DNA of 64,000 bases from Chitinophagales bacterium (GCA_046160675.1 JBJXHH010000117.1:11-64010); one strand, 5' to 3'. Positions 1 through 9,045 are shown, counted from the first letter of the stretch. The notes: generated by a model from the sequence alone, not told the origin. Made by a program: numbers and translations.

Positions 1-1
1 G

Positions 2-337
2 CAGCATGAAGTATATGCTGAGATTTTTGATGAAGATATTGAAGATGAAGAAGAATATAAACTCAATAACTATGGCAGTTTTGTAAACAGCAGTTTTATA
101 CTCTACCCAAACCCGGCGGAAGATATAGTATATGTGCAAATGAATGAGGCTGCTGCCTCTTGCTGTAACCACCTGTATATTTATGATATAACCGGAAAAA
201 CTGTTTTTCAGCAAAGATTAGAAGCAGGATTTGCTGTTACATGGATAAACACATCCGGTTTTAATAAGGGAATTTATTTTGTTCAGTTAGTGAGTGATGC
301 TGCAAAATCGGATGCGCAGAAGCTGGTTATAGAATGA
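2..337 (+). CDS. 3' fragment of a secreted protein with a T9SS (Por) C-terminal sorting domain; the 5' end lies outside the window
   Basis: The frame is open from nt 2 to TGA at 335-337. The tail ILYPNPAEDIVYVQ...GIYFVQLVSD...KLVIE has the same YPNP-type C-terminal pattern as four other proteins in this window. Confidence 0.8.
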   Translation, partial: QHEVYAEIFDEDIEDEEEYKLNNYGSFVNSSFILYPNPAEDIVYVQMNEAAASCCNHLYIYDITGKTVFQQRLEAGFAVTWINTSGFNKGIYFVQLVSDAAKSDAQKLVIE

Positions 338-472
338 TAAGATTGCCACTGCTTTATGGTTTTGTTTATTTTTTAATTGTATAAAGCTTCGCAATGACAC
401 AGAAAGAACTTGCTGCACCTGACCGCAATGGAAAGCCCACAGCATTAATAACAACTCCTGCTATGATTTGGC

Positions 473-622
473 GGGATGCTTCGCTTCACTCAGCATGACG
501 GTTATGCGATGGGAAGCGAAGATTTGACGGGATGCTTCACTGCGTTCAGCATGACGAAGGTTGTTTGTTTTGTATTCTTCTGTTCGAGATGCTTCTCCGC
601 CGTTGGCGGATCAGCATGGCGA
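473..622. repeat. Three phased REP-like units: G(G/A)GATGCTTC, then a variable 8, 8 or 16 nt, then CAGCATG(A/G)CG
   Basis: Units start at 473, 529 and 586 (56-57 nt phasing). Their ends are conserved and their interiors vary. There is a 9-bp perfect inverted match CTTCGCTTC 479-487 / GAAGCGAAG 513-521, and a TCCGCC-GTT-GGCGGA hairpin at 596-610. The units lie in an ORF-poor spacer between convergent genes. Confidence 0.7.
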
Positions 623-773
623 TTTTGCGAAGGGCGGCGAGGACTTGTAACGGAAAGCCTGCTTGTCGCATTATCTGCTATAGCACAGCAGGCAGGCCTG
701 ACCCCTTTGCGCTTTCGCATTGGGGATATGCCCAAAAATTGATTTCTTGTTCTTACAAATGCAGGATGTTTCC

Positions 774-3047
774 TTACAACTTCACAACGTACTTAACACT
801 TAAACTCCTGGGGGCTTCCATCATAGCGGGGCGGATTGTGTATTCCCGGTTCAAAAGGTTATTGCAGAGAAGAGAAACTTCATTACTGCTGTTTATGAGG
901 TAGGCTAAACGTAGGTCAATGATATAATCGCCATTGTTATGTTCTTCTCTAAATTCAGCAAGGCCCGGTATGATGTAAATTTCTGTTCCATCAAAAAGCG
1001 GTTCAACAAACTTTGCATCCACAGCCTCCATGAAGCTGAAGTAGTTAAGTGAAATACCTGCCCTGAATTTTTTTATTGTTGATTCGACATCCAGTTTTGC
1101 GGTATGCTTAAACCTGTATTTCAGGATATTGTAATCTGCGCTGCTTGATGCATCAGCCAGCGAATCAAAGACCTGGAATTTCGGGTCAAGGTAGGTGTAC
1201 CCTGCAATAAGAGTTGTTGGGATGGAGCCGAGTTTCCCATCTCCTATCAAGGAAAACTCAATGCCCTGTATTCTTGTGTTTCCGATATTGAGTGATTTAA
1301 ACCCGTAAGGAAAGGGCAAACCGGTTTCAGGATAATAGCCGAAGGTAAATTCCATCATGTCATAATACTCAGAAATAAAACCGCTCACATCAAAATATCC
1401 CTGCCAGGAAGAAATTTTTAGACCCTGCTTTATGCCCACTTCTGCACTCCAGCCGGTTTCTGATTGCAGGTCAGGGTTCGGATAAATACCGAGCAATGAA
1501 ATAGAAGTGGAAACATATTTTTCAGCAATGGTGGGGAAACGATAGCCCTGCCCGAAAGAAGCCCTGACATAAGTATATTCGGCTAACTGGTAATTAGCTC
1601 CCAGCCTGAACACAGGCCTTGATTCTTCCAGTCCGGCAATCTGGTTGAACTCATAACGAACGCCAAAACTGGTGTTGAGTTTTTCAAAAAACTTTTTATC
1701 AAGTTGGATATAGGCGGCTTCATTGGATGTTGTATAAGTTGTGTCGCCATAAAGTTCTGCTATGGTTTGCGCATAACTGCCCACTATGCCGGCAGTGGTT
1801 ACAAAATTATAATTATCAAAATGTTTCTGAAACTGGTATTCGCCATAAACCAAGTCGCTTAAATTACTCTGTTCAGCTTCATTTCTTGAATGGTTTTGAT
1901 AATAACGCATGAGAAGTTTATGCCTGTTACCTTTCTTATCAAAATAATGCAGGAAAGGGTCTACGGTGAGTTTTATTCCCCGGTTCTTTGTAAGTGTATT
2001 TGTAAATGGGATGTATAAGCCGGTATCTATATCATTCCAGAAAAAAAACGATGCGTTTCGACTGAGTTGCGCATTTACATTCATGCCAACAGAAAAATTA
2101 CTGTTTATGCGATACCGCATGTTTGCATTTGTCCTGACCCGGCGATTGAAAACATCCTGTATATAACTGTCATGGTTATAAAAGTATGCGCCTGTAACCA
2201 GGTCAAACTTATTCCATCGTTGTTTGTGAGAAAAACTGCCGCCCGCATAAAAGGGAAAATCACTGCCCCACCATTTTTGATTGGTATCAGCCGGTGTGAA
2301 ATAAACGCCGTTAAAAAAAGAGAATTTTGTTTCGGGAGTTGATGCAGGATAGGCAGTGCGAACATTGATGATGCCGTTCAGGGCGCTGCTGCCGTATAAT
2401 GCGCTGGCGGCGCCTTTTACAATTTCTACCTGCTGAATATTTTCAATGGGAATAAAGTCCCAGCTTGGAAATGCTGCATCACCGGTGAGCATAGGAAGGT
2501 CATCCATGAGCAACAACACCCGGCTTCCTGCGCCGTAGCTATAGCCGCTTCCGCCCCGGATGTTTGCCTGCCCATCAATAACATTTACGCCGGGAATTTT
2601 GTCAAGTGTATTTTCCAGGGTTACATCATTGCTGTTTTCTATCAGGGCAGGTTTTATAACATCAAGGGTAACGGTTTCTTCACCGAGTCTTTTTTCGAAC
2701 TTGCTGCCGCTCACTACTACAGTGTTTAAAATTCCTTCGTCAGGATCAAGCTGCACATTTATTTCTTTCACTTCGCCGCTTTTTAAATCAACAGTGAGAG
2801 TATGCGTTGCATAGCTCACATAACTGAACCTGATGGTATAATTACCAGGTTCTACTTCCATCCTATATTTCCCTTCAAGGTCTGTAACGGTTCCGATACT
2901 GTCGGTAATTTTTACACTGGCCCCTATGAGTGTTTCTTGCGTTGTAGCATCCGCTATCTTGCCTTGAATAGTTGCATTTTGAGAGAAGAGATGAAAAATA
3001 GAAAAGAGAAGTATACTACTGGAGAAAATTTTTTTCCTGTTGCGCAT
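774..3047 (-). CDS. TonB-dependent receptor with an N-terminal CarboxypepD_reg-like domain
   Basis: 757 aa with signal peptide MRNRKKIFSSSILLFSIFHLFSQ. It has a carboxypeptidase-regulatory-like segment (IQGKIADATTQETLIGASVKI...GKYRMEV) and a plug-like region (VVVSGSKFEKRLGEETVTLDVI...IPGVNV...IRGGSG), followed by a long beta-barrel. No SusD-like partner is adjacent. Confidence 0.9.
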   Translation of the reverse strand: MRNRKKIFSSSILLFSIFHLFSQNATIQGKIADATTQETLIGASVKITDSIGTVTDLEGKYRMEVEPGNYTIRFSYVSYATHTLTVDLKSGEVKEINVQLDPDEGILNTVVVSGSKFEKRLGEETVTLDVIKPALIENSNDVTLENTLDKIPGVNVIDGQANIRGGSGYSYGAGSRVLLLMDDLPMLTGDAAFPSWDFIPIENIQQVEIVKGAASALYGSSALNGIINVRTAYPASTPETKFSFFNGVYFTPADTNQKWWGSDFPFYAGGSFSHKQRWNKFDLVTGAYFYNHDSYIQDVFNRRVRTNANMRYRINSNFSVGMNVNAQLSRNASFFFWNDIDTGLYIPFTNTLTKNRGIKLTVDPFLHYFDKKGNRHKLLMRYYQNHSRNEAEQSNLSDLVYGEYQFQKHFDNYNFVTTAGIVGSYAQTIAELYGDTTYTTSNEAAYIQLDKKFFEKLNTSFGVRYEFNQIAGLEESRPVFRLGANYQLAEYTYVRASFGQGYRFPTIAEKYVSTSISLLGIYPNPDLQSETGWSAEVGIKQGLKISSWQGYFDVSGFISEYYDMMEFTFGYYPETGLPFPYGFKSLNIGNTRIQGIEFSLIGDGKLGSIPTTLIAGYTYLDPKFQVFDSLADASSSADYNILKYRFKHTAKLDVESTIKKFRAGISLNYFSFMEAVDAKFVEPLFDGTEIYIIPGLAEFREEHNNGDYIIDLRLAYLINSSNEVSLLCNNLLNREYTIRPAMMEAPRSLSVKYVVKL

Positions 3048-3067
3048 ATCTTTCCGGTTGTTATCAC

Positions 3068-3075
3068 CAAAGATA
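3068..3075 (-). promoter_or_regulatory. Candidate Bacteroidetes -7 box TATCTTTG for the TonB-dependent receptor gene
   Basis: Exact TAnnTTTG match on the minus strand, 20 nt upstream of ATG 3047. Confidence 0.35.
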
Positions 3076-3092
3076 AGTGAAACAATGAAAGT

Positions 3093-3122
3093 GCAGCAGG
3101 ATATGTTAACATATCCCGCTGC
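3093..3122 (-). terminator. Strong hairpin with an 18-nt perfect palindrome core; likely terminator of the upstream hypothetical gene, alternatively an operator in front of the receptor gene
   Basis: GCAGC-A-GGATATGTT|AACATATCC-C-GCTGC. It starts 16 nt downstream of the stop at 3138-3140 (minus strand) and is followed on the minus strand by T-rich CTTTCATTGTTT. Confidence 0.45.
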
Positions 3123-3137
3123 AACATTCTTTACAAA

Positions 3138-3617
3138 TTAATTGAAAACGATACTGTATGTAAGATGAAAACCTGCCGAATATACGATAGAGTAAATTAC
3201 CATGTCAAGAGCATATTCGTACCATTCTTTACGTTCAGAAAATTCAAGCCCCCCGATAGTTACCAGGTTTAGTTTATTGAGTGTTCTGAACAAATGATAA
3301 GCATCAGTAGTAAAAACGAAAACAGTGGATGACCCGGGGAAATTTTCTCCCTGCAGGGGATCGCCGTTTTCATATTTATTTTTCCAGCTTATCGCCGGGT
3401 TCCAGAATGCTTCATTTGCTGTTGGGAATTTTTCCTGGAAGACTGGATAATGTGCATAGAGGGTTTGTGAAAATCCATCGCAGGCGCCGGCAAAAAAAGC
3501 AAAAGCTGTTTTTAGTTCCTGGCGGGCATTGCCATCATCAAAACCCAGGTCAATTTTGTTGTTTTGCGCATAGGTACAGGTTGCAAAAAGGAAAAATGGA
3601 AGTATGAGATTTTTCAT
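3138..3617 (-). CDS. Hypothetical secreted protein
   Basis: The ORF is trimmed to ATG 3617, which gives the signal peptide MKNLILPFFLFATCTYAQ. No family was recognised. Confidence 0.6.
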   Translation of the reverse strand: MKNLILPFFLFATCTYAQNNKIDLGFDDGNARQELKTAFAFFAGACDGFSQTLYAHYPVFQEKFPTANEAFWNPAISWKNKYENGDPLQGENFPGSSTVFVFTTDAYHLFRTLNKLNLVTIGGLEFSERKEWYEYALDMVIYSIVYSAGFHLTYSIVFN

Positions 3618-3788
3618 CCGGTTGTATTTGAGTTGTTTGATTTGTTTCAGGCTTCGAAAATACATGTGTTTGTATGAAAAGTAAACATTTTAAACATTTT
3701 TTATTTTTAGCGGAAAGTGTTTTTTTTCAAAGCCCGTCCCCTCCGCTTCATGTCTTTTTTCGGCACCTGGGAATTCTATTATTCAGGC

Positions 3789-3796
3789 TATTTTTG
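3789..3796 (+). promoter_or_regulatory. Candidate -7 box TATTTTTG, 5 nt before ATG 3802 (leaderless-type spacing)
   Basis: Exact TAnnTTTG match. The sequence reads TATTTTTG-ACATC-ATG. Confidence 0.35.
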
Positions 3797-3801
3797 ACAT
3801 C

Positions 3802-4416
3802 ATGTTAACCCCGGCGGAAGGATATATAAAGTATAAGATGCAATTTGATGAAGTTGCTCTTGATGCAGGAATTGTATCAAACGAGATTATATTATTCCGC
3901 AATACCCTTGCCCATCAACAACTCATAGGAGTTTATCCCGACGGAGTAGGTTTTGGAAATATCAGTGAAATAAGCCCAACGGGAAATTCATTTATTATCT
4001 CAGGTACTCAAACTGGTTCTATAAAAACTGCAACAGCAAAAGATTTTTGTGTTGTTACGGAATATGACATCAGTAAAAACTTTCTGAGATGCAGAGGATT
4101 GATTAAAGCATCATCTGAAGCTCTTACACATGCTGCATTTTATTCTGCAGATAATAATATACGGGCAGTTATTCATGTTCACCATTTTCAACTTTGGGAA
4201 AAACTGCTGCAAACCGTCCCTACCACCAACAAAGATGTTCCTTACGGAACAACTGAAATGGCAGGAGAAGTAACAAAATTGTTACATACCCAAGATGCCA
4301 TGGAGAAGAAAATAATAGTTACGGCTGGACATCCTGAAGGAATTTTTACTTTCGGAGAATACTTACAACAGGCTTATGATGTTTTGATGAGCTATGTTCA
4401 GTCAACGCATTACTGA
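3802..4416 (+). CDS. Class II aldolase/adducin-family protein
   Basis: GFGNISE...FIISGTQTG...ASSEALTHAAFY...RAVIHVHH follows the class II aldolase N-terminal domain pattern (GNxS..SG..SsE..H..Y..aViHtH). Its stop overlaps the convergent mqnD stop (4410-4416). Confidence 0.6.
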   Translation: MLTPAEGYIKYKMQFDEVALDAGIVSNEIILFRNTLAHQQLIGVYPDGVGFGNISEISPTGNSFIISGTQTGSIKTATAKDFCVVTEYDISKNFLRCRGLIKASSEALTHAAFYSADNNIRAVIHVHHFQLWEKLLQTVPTTNKDVPYGTTEMAGEVTKLLHTQDAMEKKIIVTAGHPEGIFTFGEYLQQAYDVLMSYVQSTHY

Positions 4417-5240
4417 ACAAAAAGCGGCTTGTAAACACCGGGAATTATTTTTTTTTGCATTGCTACTGAAAAGAGTTTTTCAACCGCTTCTCGCCCCTTC
4501 TCGCCAAGATGAACAGTAAAATCATTTACATACAGGTTTATATGTTGTTGCATCACTTCTTCCTTCATTTCTTGAGTATGTTCCTTTACATAACTCATTG
4601 CCTGTTCCGTGTTTTGCATTGCATAGGCAACACTTCTTCTCAACACTGAACTTACTTTCTTTAGGAGATCCTCATCAATGTTTCTTTTCACTGCAATGGC
4701 ACCAAGAGGAATTGGTGCGGCATAATGCGTTTCCCAATATTCGCCAAGGTCTTTGATTTTTCTCAATCCTTTTTTTTCATAGGTAAACCTGTTCTCATGT
4801 ATAATAACACCGGCGTCTATTTCCTCCTTCAGCAAAGCGTTTTCTATTTCAGAAAACAACATTTCTTTTTTTGTGTACGCCTCCGGGTATGCAATGCTCA
4901 ACAAAAGATTTGCAGTCGTAAATTTTCCCGGAATTCCAATGACACAATATTCCAGTTTGCTTTCCGGTATCGGGTCTTTGGAAATTAGCAAAGGCCCGCA
5001 ACCGCTTCCCAGCGCTGATCCTGCCTGCAGCAAAATATAATTTTCTGACACATAAGCAAAGGCATGATAGCTGAGCTTTGTAATATCAAGTTGCTCATGC
5101 AATGCCATCTCGTTCAGCGTTTCAACATCTTCAAGTATAATATCAAACTCTAACCCTTCAAGGTCAATTTTATGATTGGCAATAGCATCAAAAATGAAAG
5201 TGTCGTTGGGGCAGGGGGAAAAACCAAAGGTGAATTTCAT
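4410..5240 (-). CDS. mqnD: 1,4-dihydroxy-6-naphthoate synthase (futalosine-pathway menaquinone biosynthesis, MqnA/MqnD family)
   Basis: The N-terminus FGFSPCPNDTFIFDAI, the length and the periplasmic-binding-like fold pattern fit MqnD. Its start overlaps the mqnB stop (ATGA at 5237-5240). Confidence 0.8.
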   Translation of the reverse strand: MKFTFGFSPCPNDTFIFDAIANHKIDLEGLEFDIILEDVETLNEMALHEQLDITKLSYHAFAYVSENYILLQAGSALGSGCGPLLISKDPIPESKLEYCVIGIPGKFTTANLLLSIAYPEAYTKKEMLFSEIENALLKEEIDAGVIIHENRFTYEKKGLRKIKDLGEYWETHYAAPIPLGAIAVKRNIDEDLLKKVSSVLRRSVAYAMQNTEQAMSYVKEHTQEMKEEVMQQHINLYVNDFTVHLGEKGREAVEKLFSVAMQKKIIPGVYKPLFVQ

Positions 5241-5872
5241 GCTTGTAATTCATGTATTAAAGTAACTAAAACTTTATGCAAATTTGAAACAGCAAGTTCA
5301 ATCTTCCAGTTCGCTTTATTTCTTTTTTCGACATAATTTGAAATTGCCCTCACCTGCACTGCAGGAATATTTTGCATTTTACAAACATATGCAAAAGCTG
5401 CCCCTTCCATGCTTTCTACCTCGGGTTGAAATTTTTCTATAGCCTTGGCAATACTTTCTTCATTACCATGCACTTTGTTTACAGTGATCCCGTGAACTTT
5501 CTTCAGATGCCGCAGGCTATCCAGGGTATTTTCCGGAAAAAGTATTTTCCCATTTTGGTAAGGAATCATATTTTTATCCATCAACCCCATCTCGAAAACT
5601 GTTTGAAAACTTGTATCATCCTCAGCGCCAAGATCAGCAATTTCTTCACTTACAACTTCAACTGTTTCACCAAGCGACAAGTTTTTGTGAAATGCCCCAC
5701 AAATACCTGCCTGTATCGCAAAGTCATATTTCTTAACTTTCATCTGAACCATCATGGTATAAACAGTATTCAGAATACCCGGTCCGCTGATCAATATATC
5801 CAAGTCGCCATTTTTTGTTTGCAAATTCATTGGCGCTTCAAACTCAGTGGCAGCAACAAGAAGTACTTTCAT
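5237..5872 (-). CDS. mqnB: Futalosine hydrolase (MTA/SAH-nucleosidase-like)
   Basis: 211 aa. MKVLLVAATEFE...ILISGPG...QAGICGAF...ESMEGAAFAYVC...VRAISNYV is typical of the PNP_UDP_1 fold and futalosine hydrolase. It is translationally coupled to mqnD. Confidence 0.75.
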   Translation of the reverse strand: MKVLLVAATEFEAPMNLQTKNGDLDILISGPGILNTVYTMMVQMKVKKYDFAIQAGICGAFHKNLSLGETVEVVSEEIADLGAEDDTSFQTVFEMGLMDKNMIPYQNGKILFPENTLDSLRHLKKVHGITVNKVHGNEESIAKAIEKFQPEVESMEGAAFAYVCKMQNIPAVQVRAISNYVEKRNKANWKIELAVSNLHKVLVTLIHELQA

Positions 5873-5954
5873 GGAGCTAAGTTACAATGCCGCTTATAAT
5901 TCATACTTTGCAATTGACTAAAAATTAATCAACTTTGTACTGCAAAAAGAAAGA

Positions 5955-6572
5955 ATGAAGCGTTATAATTTTATACTTCTAATAATCAACCTATTTTTAA
6001 TAAGCCCTTTTGTTTCTGCCCAAACGCAAATACAGTTAGATGTTGAACCTGACAGCATTTTTTATTTTAAGGATGAAAGGGATAAAAAAAGCTATAAAGC
6101 AATTACATTCGGAAATGTAAGCTGGATGGCAGAGCCGCTTCGTTATAAAACATCAGATAGCTGGTGTTATAAGATTAAAAATGCATGCAAAACTTATGGT
6201 CGCATGTATATTTGGGAGGATGCAATACAAGCATGCCCACCGGGGTGGAAACTACCTGATACCAGCAATTGGGCTTCTCTTATAAATATTTTTGGTGGGG
6301 AAAAAATTGCAGGTGCAGGCATTGCATTTTATGACTCTCTGACATTCCAGATCAACTATGCCTTCCCGCCAAATATTTATGGAAGGTTTGCTGATAGTGC
6401 AAACGAAATGCATTTCTGGAGTGCTACTTCTGTTGGCGAAAATACTGCCTGGCATTACTACGTAGTGAAAGATAAACTGCCGTATATAGCAAAGTCTTAT
6501 ATCTCAAAAAACTATAACCTGAGTTGCCTCTGCGTAAAAGAAGAAATCACTAGTACTTCTTCCACAGATTGA
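5955..6572 (+). CDS. FISUMP (Fibrobacter succinogenes major paralogous) domain protein, secreted
   Basis: It has signal peptide MKRYNFILLIINLFLISPFVSAQ. The motif run WMAEPLRY...CY...TYGRMYIWEDAIQACPPGWKLPDTSNWASL matches the FISUMP pattern (yGrLYnW..a..CP.GW.lP...W..L). Confidence 0.75.
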   Translation: MKRYNFILLIINLFLISPFVSAQTQIQLDVEPDSIFYFKDERDKKSYKAITFGNVSWMAEPLRYKTSDSWCYKIKNACKTYGRMYIWEDAIQACPPGWKLPDTSNWASLINIFGGEKIAGAGIAFYDSLTFQINYAFPPNIYGRFADSANEMHFWSATSVGENTAWHYYVVKDKLPYIAKSYISKNYNLSCLCVKEEITSTSSTD

Positions 6573-6627
6573 CGATGAACAACTTGCTGTTTTTAATTTC
6601 GTTACTTTGTTATAGATCTGTAAGAGC

Positions 6628-7437
6628 ATGAAAAAATTATATTTATATTTTGGTTTTATTATTTTTTCGGTAACTCTTTTTGCCCAGGAAGGATACGACT
6701 TATGTATACTTGCATATAAAAATTTTGACGAAGGTTCTTTTGACTCTGCTGTAATTAATTATTCTAAATGTATTGAATATGCTCCTAATGATGATGCTTC
6801 TTATTTTAACCGGGGGCTTTCCTATTTTTACCTGGAGAACTGGCTGGCAGCGGCCAATGACTTCAACCGGGTTACTCAGTTTAAACCGGGCGACTATGAA
6901 GCATATTATTGGGAAGGAAATGCACTGAGCCAAACGGCAAGGTTTGAAGAATCTATAAATGTATATAGCAAGGCTATTTATTATAAACCTGATCTTGCTG
7001 ATGCCTACCTGCAAAGGGGATTCGCAAAATATTCTACGGGAATGTATCCGGAAGCAATAGAAGATATTGAAAAAGCTTTACAACTTGACAGCAATTTAAC
7101 AGATGCGCATTTTCAGCTAGGGCTTTGCTTCATGCAAACCGGAAATCTTGATCTTGCCCTTCGGGAACTTAATTCAGCAATCACCCGTGATCCTCAGAAA
7201 GAAACAGCCTGGTATTATATAGGGTACATAAACACAACCCTTAAAAATTATAATAATGCCATAGATGCCTATAGCAGAGCTATTGAAATAAATAATGAAG
7301 CGGCTGATTCTTACTATGAGAGAGGTATTGCTTACTTCTCAGTTTCTATGCAGCAGCAAGCCTGCAGTGATTGGCAAAAAGCTGATGAACTTGGTGATTT
7401 GTTAGCAAAAGATGTTTTAAAAAAATATTGCAAATGA
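6628..7437 (+). CDS. Tetratricopeptide-repeat protein, secreted
   Basis: It has a signal peptide (MKKLYLYFGFIIFSVTLFAQ) and about 6 consecutive 34-aa TPR-like units (A..Y..G.......A...F..A....P). Confidence 0.85.
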   Translation: MKKLYLYFGFIIFSVTLFAQEGYDLCILAYKNFDEGSFDSAVINYSKCIEYAPNDDASYFNRGLSYFYLENWLAAANDFNRVTQFKPGDYEAYYWEGNALSQTARFEESINVYSKAIYYKPDLADAYLQRGFAKYSTGMYPEAIEDIEKALQLDSNLTDAHFQLGLCFMQTGNLDLALRELNSAITRDPQKETAWYYIGYINTTLKNYNNAIDAYSRAIEINNEAADSYYERGIAYFSVSMQQQACSDWQKADELGDLLAKDVLKKYCK

Positions 7438-7470
7438 AAGGAATCCTTTAGAATTGGTTCCATCAATAGT

Positions 7471-9045
7471 TTATCCCTTCACTACTTTAAAAGTTTTCAG
7501 TGCTTCACCATCAGTAATTAATTTGAGCAGATACATGCCGCTGTCGTAATTAAAGCCAAAAGCAATTTTTCCTGCTCTTTCAAATATTTCCAAAGCGTCC
7601 ACTTTTTGACCGGCGGCATTAAACACAAAAATCTCTGCATGTTTTACTGATGCCGGCAAAACATATTGTATTTCTGAAAAAGTTTGAAATACATTCGGGA
7701 AAGCTTCAATTTGTGCCACCTGTTCAATGTCTGTTGTGCTCACCAGCAAGGTACATGCAATAGTTGCTTCTAAAGTGTACGTTTCTCCTGCAATCAATTC
7801 AACATCAGGAATTATTTCGGTGTAACACCCTTCTTTGCTGATACGTATGTCATATACACCGGCTTCTGAAGTCCCTGTTTTAAATGTGCCCGTAAAATCT
7901 GTGAGGTCAAAATCATCTGTAGCCATGATCTCTACTTTTGCATTTACTGTATTCGCACCGTTTAGTTCATCAAATACAGTTCCCTCTAAATAACTTGCCC
8001 TGTGATAGGTTGGCTGCAGCATGAACAAACCTTCCTCAATATCGCTTGCAATGATGGTTCCTGAAGGTAGGTAGGGATCAACTCCCCAGCAGCCGTTAAA
8101 AATCCCTGCTGATGGAAAAGCTGAAGTATCATAATATCCCACTTTTACCAGGTTATCGGGTTTAGTTGCATCAACTATCACAACTCCATCTCTGTAATAT
8201 GCGATGACAAGATAATTATTGATCCAATAAACATTATGCGGGATCACATCTGTGCCTGGATGCGACTGAAAACGCCCGAGCTCCTGAATATCTGTAAGAT
8301 CACTCACATCATAGGAAGTTACATAAGCACCCGGTTTTTCGTCTGTGGTAAACAAATATTTCCCATCATCACTCAGCCAACAATTATGTGTGAATGCGGA
8401 AGGAGTAGTTTGCAATGCAAGTAATTGGGGATTTGCTTTATCACTCATATCAACCACTCCAACTTGCCCGGTATAAATAAAAGCAGCCCAAAGTGTATCA
8501 CCCCGAACAAATCCATCATGAATGTAATTGTCATCATACCCTCCAACTTTTGGCGGGTTCATTGGGTCAATATTCAGATCGAGTATGGTAGCTCCACCGC
8601 TGTCAGTATTTCCACCGAAGAGGTAGGCATATCCTTGTTCATCAATAAAAATAGTATGCTTTTTCTGTAAAGAATCCTCCCCTGCAAAATGCAAAAATTT
8701 AGATTCTATGCTTGCGGGAAGATCAGTAAGATCAATTATCTGTAACCCGCTATCGGTTTCATTTGTGATGTACGCATGGTGGTTGTAAGTTTTCATTTCC
8801 CGCCAGATGCCTGCCGGTCCAGGAACAGTAAATAAAGTTTCAGGTGATGATGGATCTGAAATATCTACTATCACAGTGGCGTCGTAAGTTCCTATTAAAG
8901 CATATTCATTGCCTGCATCATCGGCATATCTTGTGAGGCTTGCTGAACGAACAGGAAACTGTACCTGACTGAGGAAATCAAGATAGGTTTGTGCTGAAAG
9001 AAATTGCGAGGCGAACAAGCCTAAAATAAAAATGATCCCCCTCAT
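7471..9045 (-). CDS. LVIVD-repeat / choice-of-anchor-B-like beta-propeller protein with a T9SS C-terminal sorting domain
   Basis: ATG 9045 (MRGIIFILGLFASQFLSAQ) is preferred over TTG 9051. The N-terminal ~340 aa are clearly paralogous to the upstream gene, sharing the runs YIHDGFVRGDTLWA, YLFTTDE and SYDVSDLTDIQEL. It also has a CarboxypepD_reg-like segment and the tail FPNVF...GMYLLKLITDGEALKTFKVVKG. Confidence 0.8.
   Translation of the reverse strand: MRGIIFILGLFASQFLSAQTYLDFLSQVQFPVRSASLTRYADDAGNEYALIGTYDATVIVDISDPSSPETLFTVPGPAGIWREMKTYNHHAYITNETDSGLQIIDLTDLPASIESKFLHFAGEDSLQKKHTIFIDEQGYAYLFGGNTDSGGATILDLNIDPMNPPKVGGYDDNYIHDGFVRGDTLWAAFIYTGQVGVVDMSDKANPQLLALQTTPSAFTHNCWLSDDGKYLFTTDEKPGAYVTSYDVSDLTDIQELGRFQSHPGTDVIPHNVYWINNYLVIAYYRDGVVIVDATKPDNLVKVGYYDTSAFPSAGIFNGCWGVDPYLPSGTIIASDIEEGLFMLQPTYHRASYLEGTVFDELNGANTVNAKVEIMATDDFDLTDFTGTFKTGTSEAGVYDIRISKEGCYTEIIPDVELIAGETYTLEATIACTLLVSTTDIEQVAQIEAFPNVFQTFSEIQYVLPASVKHAEIFVFNAAGQKVDALEIFERAGKIAFGFNYDSGMYLLKLITDGEALKTFKVVKG

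Noticed and set aside
473-622. Regularly phased repeats (56-57 nt period) that at first glance resemble a tiny CRISPR array.
   Set aside because: There are only three units. Only the ~10-nt ends are conserved, while the interiors differ in sequence and length. The inter-unit segments contain inverted copies of the unit itself, and no cas genes or leader are present. This is REP/BIME-like rather than CRISPR.
5372-5899. Long antisense ORFs: 175 aa opposite mqnB, and similarly 532..903, 17754..18185, 41449..41835, 55983..56312 and 61830..62162.
   Set aside because: Each lies entirely opposite, or runs into, a gene with clear family motifs. They have low-complexity or odd composition and no signal of their own, and are typical shadow ORFs.
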